A stretch of DNA of 64,000 bases from an uncultured Clostridia bacterium (GTDB lineage: Bacteria > Bacillota > Clostridia > Christensenellales > UBA1242). This document shows positions 27,074-35,917 of the stretch, in pieces. Positions within the stretch are counted from its first letter, which is position 1. Every line of letters begins with the position of its first letter. The position numbers were made by a program, and so were the translations under genes. The stretch lies in assembly GCA_944372335.1 (NCBI GenBank), contig CALVYQ010000003.1, forward strand, positions 68,093-132,092. Reading direction: 5' to 3'. The notes under the pieces are model-generated. The model had not been told where the DNA came from and ran no database searches. It worked only from the letters and a program-made list of their open reading frames with translations.

Positions 27074-27958
27074 TTAATCCTTTAATTTAATTCTAACTTG
27101 TGCTTTAACTGGTGTTGTTTTGGTAAATTGTTTTGCTATTTCTGGCAATTCTTCTCTTAACCTTTTTTGGTCAAGACTATCTCTTGTTGTTGGTGCAATA
27201 TATGTGATTTTAAAATAGTCATTTTCAATAAATGGAAGTCCTGTCTCTTCAAATTTTTCTATCAAAAAATCTTTTAAACTTTCTTCCTGTTCTTCAAGTT
27301 GTTTTTTGCGTTCTGCAAGCGCTTTAAGTTCGCTCTGAACAGTTATCAATTTTTCACACGATGCTGTATCAATTTCAAATGTTTTTCTTTCGTAAAGCAT
27401 GCTGTTCCTTTCGCAGTCTAAAAGTCTTTCAATCTCTTCTCTCGGAATTGGTTTTAATTCAACTATCTTGCAAGTGTGGTCATCTGGAAAATGAAAGCAA
27501 ATGTATTTATCAAAGGTTTCATTCATGAGATAAGCATACAAACTTAATTGCCATGCCACCACCTCTCTATGAAGGCTAGAAGTGGTCTTAAAGTCACCAA
27601 TAAAGGTTTGTCCTTTAATTATTCCAGCAACATCGACAGTGCCCGCTATTTCGTCATTCCAGACCATAAATTCGCTTTTGCTAGGAAGAATATCCTCGCA
27701 CACACATTGCTCGTAAAATGTCTCAAATTCGCCCGTAAAACCGATTTGTTTATGGTTGATGTATTCTTCAAGTTCTTTGTGTACAACCTTGCCTCTTTCG
27801 GCTTTAAGCCTAAGAATTTCGCTATCAACATTTGAATAATCTGGTGATAGTCCATGCTTTTTTAAAAGTTGTGTCACAGAAACTAGATTTATCTCTTCGC
27901 CATTGTCCTTAATAAGCGTGTAGGAATGGCTGTTTTCATCAAAATTTAGCTTGTCCAT
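27074..27958 (-). CDS. PD-(D/E)XK (RecB/Cas4-like) exonuclease
   Basis: Motifs HKELE, TVDVAG, GDFKT and WQLSLYAY. Start set at ATG 27958 behind AAGGAGGGTGG. Confidence 0.7.
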   Translation of the reverse strand: MDKLNFDENSHSYTLIKDNGEEINLVSVTQLLKKHGLSPDYSNVDSEILRLKAERGKVVHKELEEYINHKQIGFTGEFETFYEQCVCEDILPSKSEFMVWNDEIAGTVDVAGIIKGQTFIGDFKTTSSLHREVVAWQLSLYAYLMNETFDKYICFHFPDDHTCKIVELKPIPREEIERLLDCERNSMLYERKTFEIDTASCEKLITVQSELKALAERKKQLEEQEESLKDFLIEKFEETGLPFIENDYFKITYIAPTTRDSLDQKRLREELPEIAKQFTKTTPVKAQVRIKLKD

Positions 27959-28682
27959 TGCCACCCTCCTTCTTCGCTTTTGCAAGGGCTTTTCGCTGTT
28001 TTTTAATTGTCTCTTCTGCTTGCTCGAACGATATGTCATCTATTGAAGGTGCTTTGTAGTATAGCGCCATACTTTCTAGCCTTTGCTCATCAAAACCAAG
28101 TTCATAAAGTTCTTTTATCTGCTCTTCGGTAATCTTCTTTATTGGTTTTAAATTAGAACCCACTTCAACTTCATCAATCTCAATTTGTTGAGAGAGTTCA
28201 TCTGCCTCACTATCGCTATAAATGCCAGCATAGGCAAGTTTGGATATCTTTAAAACAACCCTGTCAAAACATCTTTTAAAGGCCATGGCATATGGATATT
28301 CGTTCTTACAATTCTTGGAGTTAACCTCCCCTACCTCATATATTCCTTGCTCTGGGCAACTGTAAGTGAACACAAGGCTATTGCCAAATCCATTGCTATC
28401 ATACTTCACACATTCCGGCTTAAACTTATTTTCAGCTGGTGCCATGTCATTAAGTTTTAAGCAACCATTGTGGCTTATAATCAAGCCTGTATATGCCATT
28501 TTGCCGGTTTTCGTTTTATTCATTAAAATCCAAAAGTCTCCTTCTGAAATTTTACCTTCGTATTTTTTAATTATTTCAAGCGCTTGCTTTTTGCTTTCTG
28601 TATATTTTTCACTTTGCCAAACAGGAACTTCCACTCTTTGGCCATTCTCTATGATGGCTTCTTTATCTTTTTCGTTAAACAT
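27939..28682 (-). CDS. Putative single-strand annealing / recombination-associated protein (family unresolved)
   Basis: Sits upstream of the exonuclease, as in Exo/Bet-type modules. Start set at ATG 28682 behind GGAGGTGG. No motif could be named with certainty. Confidence 0.35.
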   Translation of the reverse strand: MFNEKDKEAIIENGQRVEVPVWQSEKYTESKKQALEIIKKYEGKISEGDFWILMNKTKTGKMAYTGLIISHNGCLKLNDMAPAENKFKPECVKYDSNGFGNSLVFTYSCPEQGIYEVGEVNSKNCKNEYPYAMAFKRCFDRVVLKISKLAYAGIYSDSEADELSQQIEIDEVEVGSNLKPIKKITEEQIKELYELGFDEQRLESMALYYKAPSIDDISFEQAEETIKKQRKALAKAKKEGGNGQAKF

Positions 28683-28794
28683 TTGCCACCTCCAAAAGTT
28701 CTTTAACCGTAGTTTTTTCACCCATGTAAATAGCAATCGTTTTCAATTTGAATAACACCTCACTTGGTGTGCCTTTTAATATTAAATTTTTCAT
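28675..28794 (-). CDS. Possible 39-aa small ORF
   Basis: ATG 28794 lies behind AGGAGGAG; the stop overlaps the next start (AATGTTTAA). Below the ORF-track size cutoff. Confidence 0.3.
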   Translation of the reverse strand: MKNLILKGTPSEVLFKLKTIAIYMGEKTTVKELLEVANV

Positions 28795-28858
28795 AAACTC
28801 CTCCTAAAATATTGATTTTTTTAATGATTTGGTGGTATAATTCTCTAAGAGATATTTT

Positions 28859-29089
28859 CTATCTTATCTCTTGTTGGAAGACAATGCTTTCGCCTTGGAA
28901 ATTTGAAGCATTGTCTTTTTCCATTGGTCTGTTAAGCCACGCGAGATAATCGCCTTTTGTGACTCTGCCTTGAAAATTTAAACTGTCAGAATACGCTCTA
29001 ATTGAGCGAATGATTGAATAAGCCTTAGCAGTTCCACAGTTAAAAATCTTCTTGATGTCATCTTTGTCTAAATATGCTTTTTCTTCCAT
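28859..29089 (-). CDS. Small HTH DNA-binding protein (excisionase/regulator-like)
   Basis: 76 aa from ATG 29089 behind AAAGGAGGTGAGG; LDKDDIKKIFNCGTAKAYSIIRSIR resembles an Xis/MerR-type HTH. Confidence 0.45.
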   Translation of the reverse strand: MEEKAYLDKDDIKKIFNCGTAKAYSIIRSIRAYSDSLNFQGRVTKGDYLAWLNRPMEKDNASNFQGESIVFQQEIR

Positions 29090-29236
29090 AAACCTCACCT
29101 CCTTTTAATTTGATTTTTTGAAAAGATTGTGCTAAAGCAGAAACTATTAGCGAAATAAGCCGTTCATATATTGAAACAGCATATATTGAGGTTGTTCCTT
29201 TAATTGCAGAAGATTTAGCCAACTCATACAATGTTT

Positions 29237-29446
29237 TTAACGGCAAGAAACATATAAAACGAAAATTAAAGGATTCCAAATCAAGCACAAGCACTCAAAC
29301 ACATACCAAATAATCTTCCAAATATGAAATTTATAAGAGTCCCAATATTTGATGGAAGAATACAAGGCTAGCATAATTATCGCTAGAACATTTCCTAAAC
29401 AAACAAACGCTGTAACGCAAATAATTGCAATTATATATGGTGTCAT
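29237..29446 (-). CDS. Small two-TM membrane protein
   Basis: 69 aa, hydrophobic. Confidence 0.4.
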   Translation of the reverse strand: MTPYIIAIICVTAFVCLGNVLAIIMLALYSSIKYWDSYKFHIWKIIWYVFECLCLIWNPLIFVLYVSCR

Positions 29447-29453
29447 ATCTTTT

Positions 29454-29621
29454 ATTTCCTTTCAAAAGTGTTCAGCAATATTTCATCAAGTATTAAATTT
29501 GAAACTTCTCTCAATGCATCATCGTAGCCTCTATAATATTTGAGATTTCTTTTAAAGATTGAAGTTTTTCTAATTTGTGAAATCTTTTTGCGAAGTTTTG
29601 TTAATATCTTTACTTCTTTCA
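29454..29621 (-). CDS. Possible 55-aa small ORF
   Basis: ATG 29621 lies behind AAGGAGGGG, directly abutting the cro-like stop. Below the ORF-track cutoff. Confidence 0.35.
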
Positions 29622-29807
29622 TTACCCCTCCTTTATCAAATCATCAACAGTGCAGTTCAATATCTGCGCTATTTTTTTTAATGTTTGGATGTTTGGAGAA
29701 GACTTATTGCTCTCCCACATTGACACAGTTGTTCTTTCGACTTTTAATTCATTAGCCAATTCTTTTTGTGTCAAGTTATTAGACAAACGAAACTTTTTAA
29801 TATTCAT
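29622..29807 (-). CDS. Cro-like XRE-family HTH regulator
   Basis: 61 aa from ATG 29807 behind AAGGAGGTGAG; LTQKELANELKVERTTVSMWE HTH; divergent from the repressor gene. Confidence 0.8.
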   Translation of the reverse strand: MNIKKFRLSNNLTQKELANELKVERTTVSMWESNKSSPNIQTLKKIAQILNCTVDDLIKEG

Positions 29808-29822
29808 ATTCTCACCTCCTTT

Positions 29823-29839
29823 TGTCAAGTTTCTTGACA
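29823..29839. promoter_or_regulatory. Operator palindrome TGTCAA-N5-TTGACA (copy 1)
   Basis: Exact 6-bp half-sites spaced by 5 bp, between the cro-like RBS and its promoter. Confidence 0.6.
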
Positions 29840-29841
29840 CT

Positions 29842-29870
29842 ATTTTAACCTTTATTTAATTTATTGTCAA
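29842..29870 (-). promoter_or_regulatory. Leftward early promoter (cro-like operon)
   Basis: Minus strand: TTGACA, 17 nt, TAAAAT. Confidence 0.5.
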
Positions 29871-29881
29871 GCAATTTGACA
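29865..29881. promoter_or_regulatory. Operator palindrome TGTCAA-N5-TTGACA (copy 2)
   Basis: Exact half-sites. The left half doubles as the -35 of the leftward promoter. Confidence 0.6.
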
Positions 29882-29899
29882 TATTTTTTAAAAAAAATC

Positions 29900-29928
29900 T
29901 TGAAAAATGTCAAAAATTTTGACATAAT
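29900..29928 (+). promoter_or_regulatory. Rightward promoter for the repressor gene
   Basis: TTGAAA, 17 nt, CATAAT, 20 nt upstream of ATG 29949. Confidence 0.4.
29908..29924. promoter_or_regulatory. Operator palindrome TGTCAA-N5-TTGACA (copy 3)
   Basis: Exact half-sites overlapping the spacer/-10 of the rightward (repressor) promoter. Confidence 0.6.
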
Positions 29929-29948
29929 ATAAGAAACGAGGTAAAAAT

Positions 29949-30581
29949 ATGCTTAGATTAAAAGAATTAAGACAAGACAAAAATATAACTCAAGGCAAAT
30001 TAGCCGAAAAATTAGGTCTCTCTCGCTCTACAATTGCTATGTATGAAATAGGCGGAAGCGAACCAGACTTAGAGACATTAAAAAACATCGCTTCTTTTTT
30101 CAATGTCTCCGTTGACTATTTAATGGGAAGAGAACAAAAGGTCGATAATAATGTCGCTGGAGTGCAAATGGAACGCCAAACGGTCAAAATACCAGTCTAT
30201 GGAACCATTCCTGCTGGTGTGCCAATTGAGATGATTGAAGACTCTTATATCGAAGATTATGAGGATATTAGCGCCGACTTACTGCGTGGCGGAAATAAAT
30301 ACTTTGCTTTGCGTGTAAAAGGCGATTCTATGCTCCCTAAGTTCGAGAGTGGTGATATATTAATTCTTAAACAAACAGAAGACTGCGAAAGCGGTGCCTA
30401 CTGTGCTGTTTCTATCAACCACACCGAGTGCACATTCAAAAAGGTAATAAAAAAAATGAATGGCCTGACTTTAATGCCACTCAATCCAGATTATGAACCA
30501 TTATTTTTTACTAATAGAGAAGTTGCAGAACTGCCTGTAACTATTTTAGGTGTTGTGAAGGAAGTTAGAAGGAGTTATTAA
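29949..30581 (+). CDS. CI/LexA-like repressor (XRE HTH + S24 peptidase)
   Basis: 210 aa; N-terminal ITQGKLAEKLGLSRSTIAMYE HTH; C-terminal autocleavage domain (VKGDSMLP ... FKKV). Confidence 0.9.
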   Translation: MLRLKELRQDKNITQGKLAEKLGLSRSTIAMYEIGGSEPDLETLKNIASFFNVSVDYLMGREQKVDNNVAGVQMERQTVKIPVYGTIPAGVPIEMIEDSYIEDYEDISADLLRGGNKYFALRVKGDSMLPKFESGDILILKQTEDCESGAYCAVSINHTECTFKKVIKKMNGLTLMPLNPDYEPLFFTNREVAELPVTILGVVKEVRRSY

Positions 30582-30582
30582 T

Positions 30583-31017
30583 ATGAATACTGCAGAAATT
30601 TTATCAATTATTTCTATCTGCATAACGAGTGTTTTTGCAATCCCGCCATTTATAAAAATGATTGTAGAGTTTTTTCATGCTAAAATAAAACAAAAAATCG
30701 TTGGCGTAGATTTTGATGAACAAAATGGATTTTTTATTTTATCTTTACAAATTATAAACTATTGTTATAGGCCTATTTCAATTATAAATATAAATGTTAA
30801 TAACCAAAATATCTTGATAGAAGATTCTAAATATTTTTCTGCTCCTTTAAGCAAATTAATACAAGCTAATGATAACAAAGTCTATAGAATCTGCTGTCCA
30901 AAGTTAAAAGAAAATGAAAAAATAAAAATAAAACTATATACAACAAAAAGGAGATTAAGATATAAAAAAAGTTTTAAAAGTATAATACAACTATTGAATG
31001 AAAAAGGTAAGGAGTAA
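30583..31017 (+). CDS. Membrane-anchored moron protein (superinfection-exclusion-like position)
   Basis: 144 aa; single N-terminal TM helix; located between the repressor and integrase genes. Confidence 0.45.
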   Translation: MNTAEILSIISICITSVFAIPPFIKMIVEFFHAKIKQKIVGVDFDEQNGFFILSLQIINYCYRPISIININVNNQNILIEDSKYFSAPLSKLIQANDNKVYRICCPKLKENEKIKIKLYTTKRRLRYKKSFKSIIQLLNEKGKE

Positions 31018-31020
31018 ACT

Positions 31021-32202
31021 ATGGCAAGTTTTGAACAATTATACTACTGTAAAAACTGCAAAAAGAATGTCGCCGTGAACAACGGTAAGTGTAAAACTTG
31101 CGGTTCAACTCAACTTAATAAAACTTGGTCAACTAGATTTAGATATATCGAAGAAAATGGCGTAGAAAAACAAAAGCGCTTGTCCGGGTTCTCGACAAAG
31201 AAAGAAGCCCAAGATGCTTATCTTAAATTCATGGCCGGTGCTAAGAAATATGAAAAAACAGCAGATGTTTCAAAAAAATTAACTTTTAATGCCCTTTTTG
31301 AAGAATATAAGTTATATTTCCAAAAACACTCTAAAAAGAGTTCTTATCAGTCATTTTTGCAACGAACGAACGGACATATTTTAAATTACTTTAAAGACTA
31401 TAAAGTCAAAGATATAACTCCAAAACTAATACTTGAATGGCAGAACACTGTTGAAAAATATTCATATAATTATAAATTACATTTAAGAACAACTCTTTCT
31501 AGTTTATTGCGATATGCCGAAACATATTATGGTATCCCTAATCAACTTGTTAAAGTGGCATCTTTTAAAAAGACACCACAAAAATCTGAAATGCGAATTT
31601 GGACACCAGAACAATTTGAGTTAGCAATGAGCCACTTAAATAATTTTGAATATAGAGTTTTCTTTTCTGCGTTGTTTTATACTGGTGCTCGAAAAGGCGA
31701 GATTATGGCCACTAGTTGGGATGACTGGGATTTAGAAAATAATATTTTAACAATTAACAAAACAGTGACGAAAAAAATAGATGGCTATAAATATTGGATA
31801 GACACGCCTAAAAATGAAACATCAAATAGAAAAATTAAAATACCTAATCACCTTGCAGAGATGTTAAAAGAATTAAAGTTTAGTAGGCATGGTATATTAG
31901 GAAAATTCACTTTTGGCGTGGATGAGCCATTATCAGAAACAAGTATTTTAAGACACCTAGACAATGCAAGCAAAAGTGCAGGATTGCCACACATAAGGAT
32001 ACATGACTTAAGACATAGCCACGCCAGCCTACTTATAAGTCAAGGCGTCTCTATTGTTTCTATAGCCAAAAGGCTTGGACACAGCAATATAGAAAGAACT
32101 TTAAACACTTATGCTCATATGCTTCCGCACGAAGAAGATGCACTAATTGGAGTGCTTGAAAAACAGCATAATTTATTAAAAAATCCTAATAATTGTGCCT
32201 AA
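31021..32202 (+). CDS. int: Tyrosine integrase with N-terminal zinc ribbon
   Basis: 393 aa; CKNC-x14-CKTC; catalytic region TGARKGE, HDLRHSHASLL, LGHSNIERTLNTYAH. Confidence 0.95.
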   Translation: MASFEQLYYCKNCKKNVAVNNGKCKTCGSTQLNKTWSTRFRYIEENGVEKQKRLSGFSTKKEAQDAYLKFMAGAKKYEKTADVSKKLTFNALFEEYKLYFQKHSKKSSYQSFLQRTNGHILNYFKDYKVKDITPKLILEWQNTVEKYSYNYKLHLRTTLSSLLRYAETYYGIPNQLVKVASFKKTPQKSEMRIWTPEQFELAMSHLNNFEYRVFFSALFYTGARKGEIMATSWDDWDLENNILTINKTVTKKIDGYKYWIDTPKNETSNRKIKIPNHLAEMLKELKFSRHGILGKFTFGVDEPLSETSILRHLDNASKSAGLPHIRIHDLRHSHASLLISQGVSIVSIAKRLGHSNIERTLNTYAHMLPHEEDALIGVLEKQHNLLKNPNNCA

Positions 32203-32224
32203 ATTGTTCCTATAAAATAGAAAA

Positions 32225-32271
32225 TACAATATATAGTAGAATTTAGATTTATAAAAACACTATATATTGTA
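32225..32271. repeat. 12-bp perfect inverted repeat at the phage/host junction
   Basis: TACAATATATAG (32225-32236) and CTATATATTGTA (32260-32271) lie between the int stop and the tRNA 3' end. Could be an int terminator or an arm-type site. Confidence 0.4.
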
Positions 32272-32282
32272 TATAAAATGTA

Positions 32283-32356
32283 TGGAGCGGATAATGGGAG
32301 TCGAACCCACCTCTCAAGCTTGGGAAGCTCGCATACTACCGATGTACTATATCCGC
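32283..32356 (-). tRNA. tRNA-Gly (anticodon CCC)
   Basis: 74-nt cloverleaf folded by hand: acceptor GCGGATA/TATCCGC, anticodon loop UUCCCAA, T-loop GGGTTCGACTCCC, discriminator U, encoded CCA. Confidence 0.85.
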
Positions 32357-32488
32357 ATAACTGAGCTAAATGCTCAGTGAAGTTTTTAACTCCTAATATA
32401 TTATTGCTAAATACATCAAGTTAATAATTTTTATAAATATCTCTTATTAATTTAGTCCTATTTTTAAAATCATTTTGCAGAACAAAAA

Positions 32489-32881
32489 TCACTCTTGGAT
32501 ATTTGGTGGAGTGACAATTGGCCCTACCGCAGAGTTGATGGTGATTTCTGTTATAAGGTTTGAAATGTAACCAAGTGCAATCTTAACCGGTTGGCTATTT
32601 CTAATATACCCCTTAGGGTCATCGAGGCGAGAAAATTCAATGGAGTCAACAGGTATATCCACGCTCATTGTGACAGAGAGTTTCAACAAACTTGCCGGTG
32701 AAACAATTAAACTTCTGGTTATAGTCACTCTGACAATTTCCTCTGTCAATTTTTTGACATCAATATAGTCTTCCGGCTTGATATTTACCATAACACCATT
32801 TTGAGGATTTTGTAACTTTTCATAGACAATCTTCTCTAACATTGGCTTAACTAAATGTGGTTTAATAACTTTTTCTTCCAT
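32489..32881 (-). CDS. Hypothetical protein
   Basis: 130 aa ORF with no recognised motif. Confidence 0.5.
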   Translation of the reverse strand: MEEKVIKPHLVKPMLEKIVYEKLQNPQNGVMVNIKPEDYIDVKKLTEEIVRVTITRSLIVSPASLLKLSVTMSVDIPVDSIEFSRLDDPKGYIRNSQPVKIALGYISNLITEITINSAVGPIVTPPNIQE

Positions 32882-33119
32882 AAAAAACTCCTTCGCTTAA
32901 ATATAGCTAGGAGTATTTTAGCACAAAACGATTTAAAATACAACAAAAATTAAAAATTTATTTGTGGCAAATATTTTATAAAGCTAAAAGCAAATCATCT
33001 TTATAAATTTTACACAAAAAAGAAGACGAACCCTTTTTGAAAGAAAATTCATGTTAAATTTACAACACTTAATTACGAGTTTTCAACTTTTGTTAATATT
33101 ATCTTAATAGAAAATAAAA

Positions 33120-34190
33120 TCAAGTCTTTATATCAAAAATTTTTTCGTTATATTTTACCGAAGTATTATTCGGCTTTAATCTTTTGGCTCGTTTGTGGTA
33201 TTTTATTGCCTTATCTATATTCCCTTTATTATAGTAGATGACGCATAGATTTATTGATGGTATAAAATCATAGTAATCTGGCAAAACAAATCCGCCCTTT
33301 GAAACATTAAGCTTGCATTTTAAAGCCAAGAGATAGTAATATTCTGCTTTTTCATAGTCTCTTTCTCCAAGGAAGATATTTCCTAATTGAGATAAAATTT
33401 CAGCACGTGGTAAATCATAGAGAAAACTCTTTAATAAGCTTTCTTTTGCGTTATTTTTATCATTTAATTTAAGAAAACAATGTGACAAATTTAAGCACGC
33501 TTCAATCTTATTTTCTACCCAGGCATCATCTCTATCTAAAAACTCTAAAAACACATTTATAGCTTTTTCATAATAGGCATTATAGTAAAGTTCCCTTGCA
33601 TAATAGAACATGGCACGTGGAGATAACCTTTCTCCCACTGAAAGACGCCTCTCATATATTTTTAGATTTCTATCTCCTCGTGGAGTATCGCTTTTAAAGT
33701 GGTAAATATTGATTTTTTCATGCAAACACACCCCATGCGGAACTATGACCTCATGAACAGGCTCAACCCACTTAAAAGAGCCATCATTCTTTAATATTCT
33801 TTCTCTTTCAAAGACAAATGTTGGCTTATACTTCTCGTCAAAGCCTGTCACATAGTTTAAATATGCCATATCAAAATATGGAGCATCTTGTTTTAATTTT
33901 AAGATTTTTTCTATGTCTTTTGGAAAGATAAAATCATCGGCATCTAGCCACATATTATAGTCGCAAGTGGATTTTGAAAAGGCATAATTTCGAGCCTTAG
34001 AAAAATCGTCACACCATACAAAATCAAATACTTTGTCGGTATATTTTTTTGCAATATCTTTAGTTTTATCACTAGAACCTGTGTCAACAACTATAATCTC
34101 ATCGGCAAATTTTTTGACACAATCTAAAATTCTAGATAAAACTTTTTCTTCGTTTTTAACAATAAAACAACAACTAAGCGTAAAACTCAT
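33120..34190 (-). CDS. Family-2 glycosyltransferase with C-terminal TPR repeats
   Basis: GT-A motifs (IVKNEE, VVDTGSSD, DADD) followed by TPR-like helices. Start set at the internal MSFTLSCC (34190); the upstream extension overlaps the divergent gene. Confidence 0.75.
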   Translation of the reverse strand: MSFTLSCCFIVKNEEKVLSRILDCVKKFADEIIVVDTGSSDKTKDIAKKYTDKVFDFVWCDDFSKARNYAFSKSTCDYNMWLDADDFIFPKDIEKILKLKQDAPYFDMAYLNYVTGFDEKYKPTFVFERERILKNDGSFKWVEPVHEVIVPHGVCLHEKINIYHFKSDTPRGDRNLKIYERRLSVGERLSPRAMFYYARELYYNAYYEKAINVFLEFLDRDDAWVENKIEACLNLSHCFLKLNDKNNAKESLLKSFLYDLPRAEILSQLGNIFLGERDYEKAEYYYLLALKCKLNVSKGGFVLPDYYDFIPSINLCVIYYNKGNIDKAIKYHKRAKRLKPNNTSVKYNEKIFDIKT

Positions 34191-34262
34191 ACTACAAAAT
34201 ATGCCAAGTGGCTTCGTTATGTTAAAATTGACTTTTATTTCAAAAGATGATATATTAAAGGC

Positions 34263-35102
34263 ATGAAATATTGTGAAGTATGCCCACGCCATTGCATGGT
34301 GGATAGAAAAAAGAGCGAAGGCTTTTGCAATGAATTAGATAAGATAAGAATAGCTAAAATAATTGACAATTTCATCTGGGAAGAGCCTTGTGTCACTGAT
34401 AAAAATGGAGTTTGTGCCATCTTTTTTTCTGGCTGTAATTTAAAATGCTCATATTGCCAAAACTATGAAATATCAAGAGGAAAAGTGGGCAAGATTTATG
34501 ATGAGGACGAATTTATTGAGCTATTAAAAGAAAAAGAAAAAAACAATTCATATTTTGACTTTATAACTCCTACACACTTTTCCAATGCGATTTTAAACGC
34601 ACTAAAAAAATATCAACCAAAAATACCAATTATATGGAATTCTTCAGGCTATGAAAGCGTGAAAATGCTAGAAAAACTTGATAAATACATATCAATATAT
34701 TTGCTCGACTTTAAGTATATAGAGGACGATTTAGGAAAAAGACTTAGTCATGTTTCAAATTATTCAACAATAGCAAAAAAGGTGCTTGATTTTTGTGCAA
34801 AAAAGAAAGATGTTTTTAGGGATAATCTCATGAAAGAGGGATTAATCTTGCGTCATCTAGTTTTGCCTGGAGAAATTAAAAATTCGCTTGACACACTTGA
34901 CTATTTAGCTTCAAAATATAGCGATAGATTTGTCAGTTTGATGTCTCAATTCACACCAACACCGCAAAGCCCAATTAAAAGAAAACTATCTCCACTTGAA
35001 TACAAAATTGTTGTAAACAAATTTTTAAAAAGTTTCCAAAACGGTTATATTCAAGATTTTGACAGTGCAAGCGAGGATTTTATTCCAAAATTTTTGGAAT
35101 AG
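34263..35102 (+). CDS. Radical SAM protein (PflX / PFL-activase-like)
   Basis: 279 aa; CNLKCSYCQN CxxxCxxC cluster plus the N-terminal CEVCPRHC motif. Confidence 0.8.
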   Translation: MKYCEVCPRHCMVDRKKSEGFCNELDKIRIAKIIDNFIWEEPCVTDKNGVCAIFFSGCNLKCSYCQNYEISRGKVGKIYDEDEFIELLKEKEKNNSYFDFITPTHFSNAILNALKKYQPKIPIIWNSSGYESVKMLEKLDKYISIYLLDFKYIEDDLGKRLSHVSNYSTIAKKVLDFCAKKKDVFRDNLMKEGLILRHLVLPGEIKNSLDTLDYLASKYSDRFVSLMSQFTPTPQSPIKRKLSPLEYKIVVNKFLKSFQNGYIQDFDSASEDFIPKFLE

Positions 35103-35176
35103 GGCTTATTTTCTTGACAATTTTTGACAAAATGTATTATTCTACTATTAGTAGTTAAACTATATATGGAGGAGTT

Positions 35177-35473
35177 ATGACAACAAAAAGATTTATCTTG
35201 TTAAGTGTCATCTTTAGCATTTTAGCAATCGTCTTTTTTGTGCTGTTTGAGTTGAACTTTATCAGCAACTTGACACTATATCTAGCTTTAGTTTATATAT
35301 CCTTCTTCACAGGCTTGGCACTATATTATAATTCGGTAAATTTAAGGCACTCGAAAAAAATTGCCTCATCAAATATCACAATGATAATTGCACTCATCAT
35401 CGTTCTTGCCTCCATTGCACTTTTAATATATGGCTTTGTCACAGGCAATATTGACCTTTGGTGGAATGTTTAA
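35177..35473 (+). CDS. Small membrane protein
   Basis: 98 aa, three hydrophobic helices, GGAGG RBS. Confidence 0.55.
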   Translation: MTTKRFILLSVIFSILAIVFFVLFELNFISNLTLYLALVYISFFTGLALYYNSVNLRHSKKIASSNITMIIALIIVLASIALLIYGFVTGNIDLWWNV

Positions 35474-35483
35474 TATTAAATCT

Positions 35484-35514
35484 AAAAAAACTCTCTTTTT
35501 AAGAGAGTTTTTTT
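35484..35514. terminator. Bidirectional intrinsic terminator
   Basis: A7-CTCTCTT-TTT-AAGAGAG-T7 between convergent genes. Confidence 0.7.
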
Positions 35515-35521
35515 ATGTAGA

Positions 35522-35776
35522 TTAATACATTGACATAGCAGCACCCAAAACACTAAAATAAAGGATTATCACAATCACGACTGCCACTACTGCTGTCACG
35601 CCAAAAGTCCATGCCCATGCTTTTATAAAAGTCTTGCGTGCAACTGTACCCTCAGGATAGATACATATTCCGATGATTAGCCCGATTATACCTAAAAATA
35701 ATCCAAGCACAACACCAATACCAGCTTTGCTTTCATTATAATTAGACTGCGGATTGTTATTCATGTTTTCATCCAT
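35522..35776 (-). CDS. Small membrane protein
   Basis: 84 aa, two hydrophobic helices. Confidence 0.5.
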   Translation of the reverse strand: MDENMNNNPQSNYNESKAGIGVVLGLFLGIIGLIIGICIYPEGTVARKTFIKAWAWTFGVTAVVAVVIVIILYFSVLGAAMSMY

Positions 35777-35917
35777 ATTTTTAACCTCCTTTTTATAATC
35801 TCACCTTATTGTAATCCCTCCACACTTTTGTCAAGTGATTTCTTAAAACTAACCAAATTTTTTATATAAAAAATAAAAAAGAGAAAATCAATGTTTTGAA
35901 TTTTCTCTTTTTTTATT

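Larger units (their letters stand above)
1..32282. mobile_element. Prophage of a temperate tailed phage; tail/lysis end truncated by the window edge, right end abuts tRNA-Gly
   Basis: Uninterrupted phage modules: structural genes and terminase (1-14483), late regulator, small early ORFs, DnaB/SSB/recombination block, Cro/CI switch, and a tyrosine integrase ending 81 bp from the 3' end of a tRNA. Confidence 0.85.

Noticed and set aside
29058-29294. 78-aa minus-strand ORF between the small membrane gene and the HTH gene
   Set aside because: It overlaps the 69-aa membrane ORF by 58 nt. It has no RBS, and its 3' end is really the RBS/leader of the next gene. Left uncalled.
33120-35102. GT2-TPR glycosyltransferase beside a radical SAM gene as a glycocin/RiPP cluster (SunS-like architecture)
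   Set aside because: There is no Cys-rich precursor ORF, C39-peptidase ABC exporter, thiol-disulfide oxidoreductase or immunity gene nearby. The radical SAM protein looks like a stand-alone PflX-type enzyme and is divergently transcribed.
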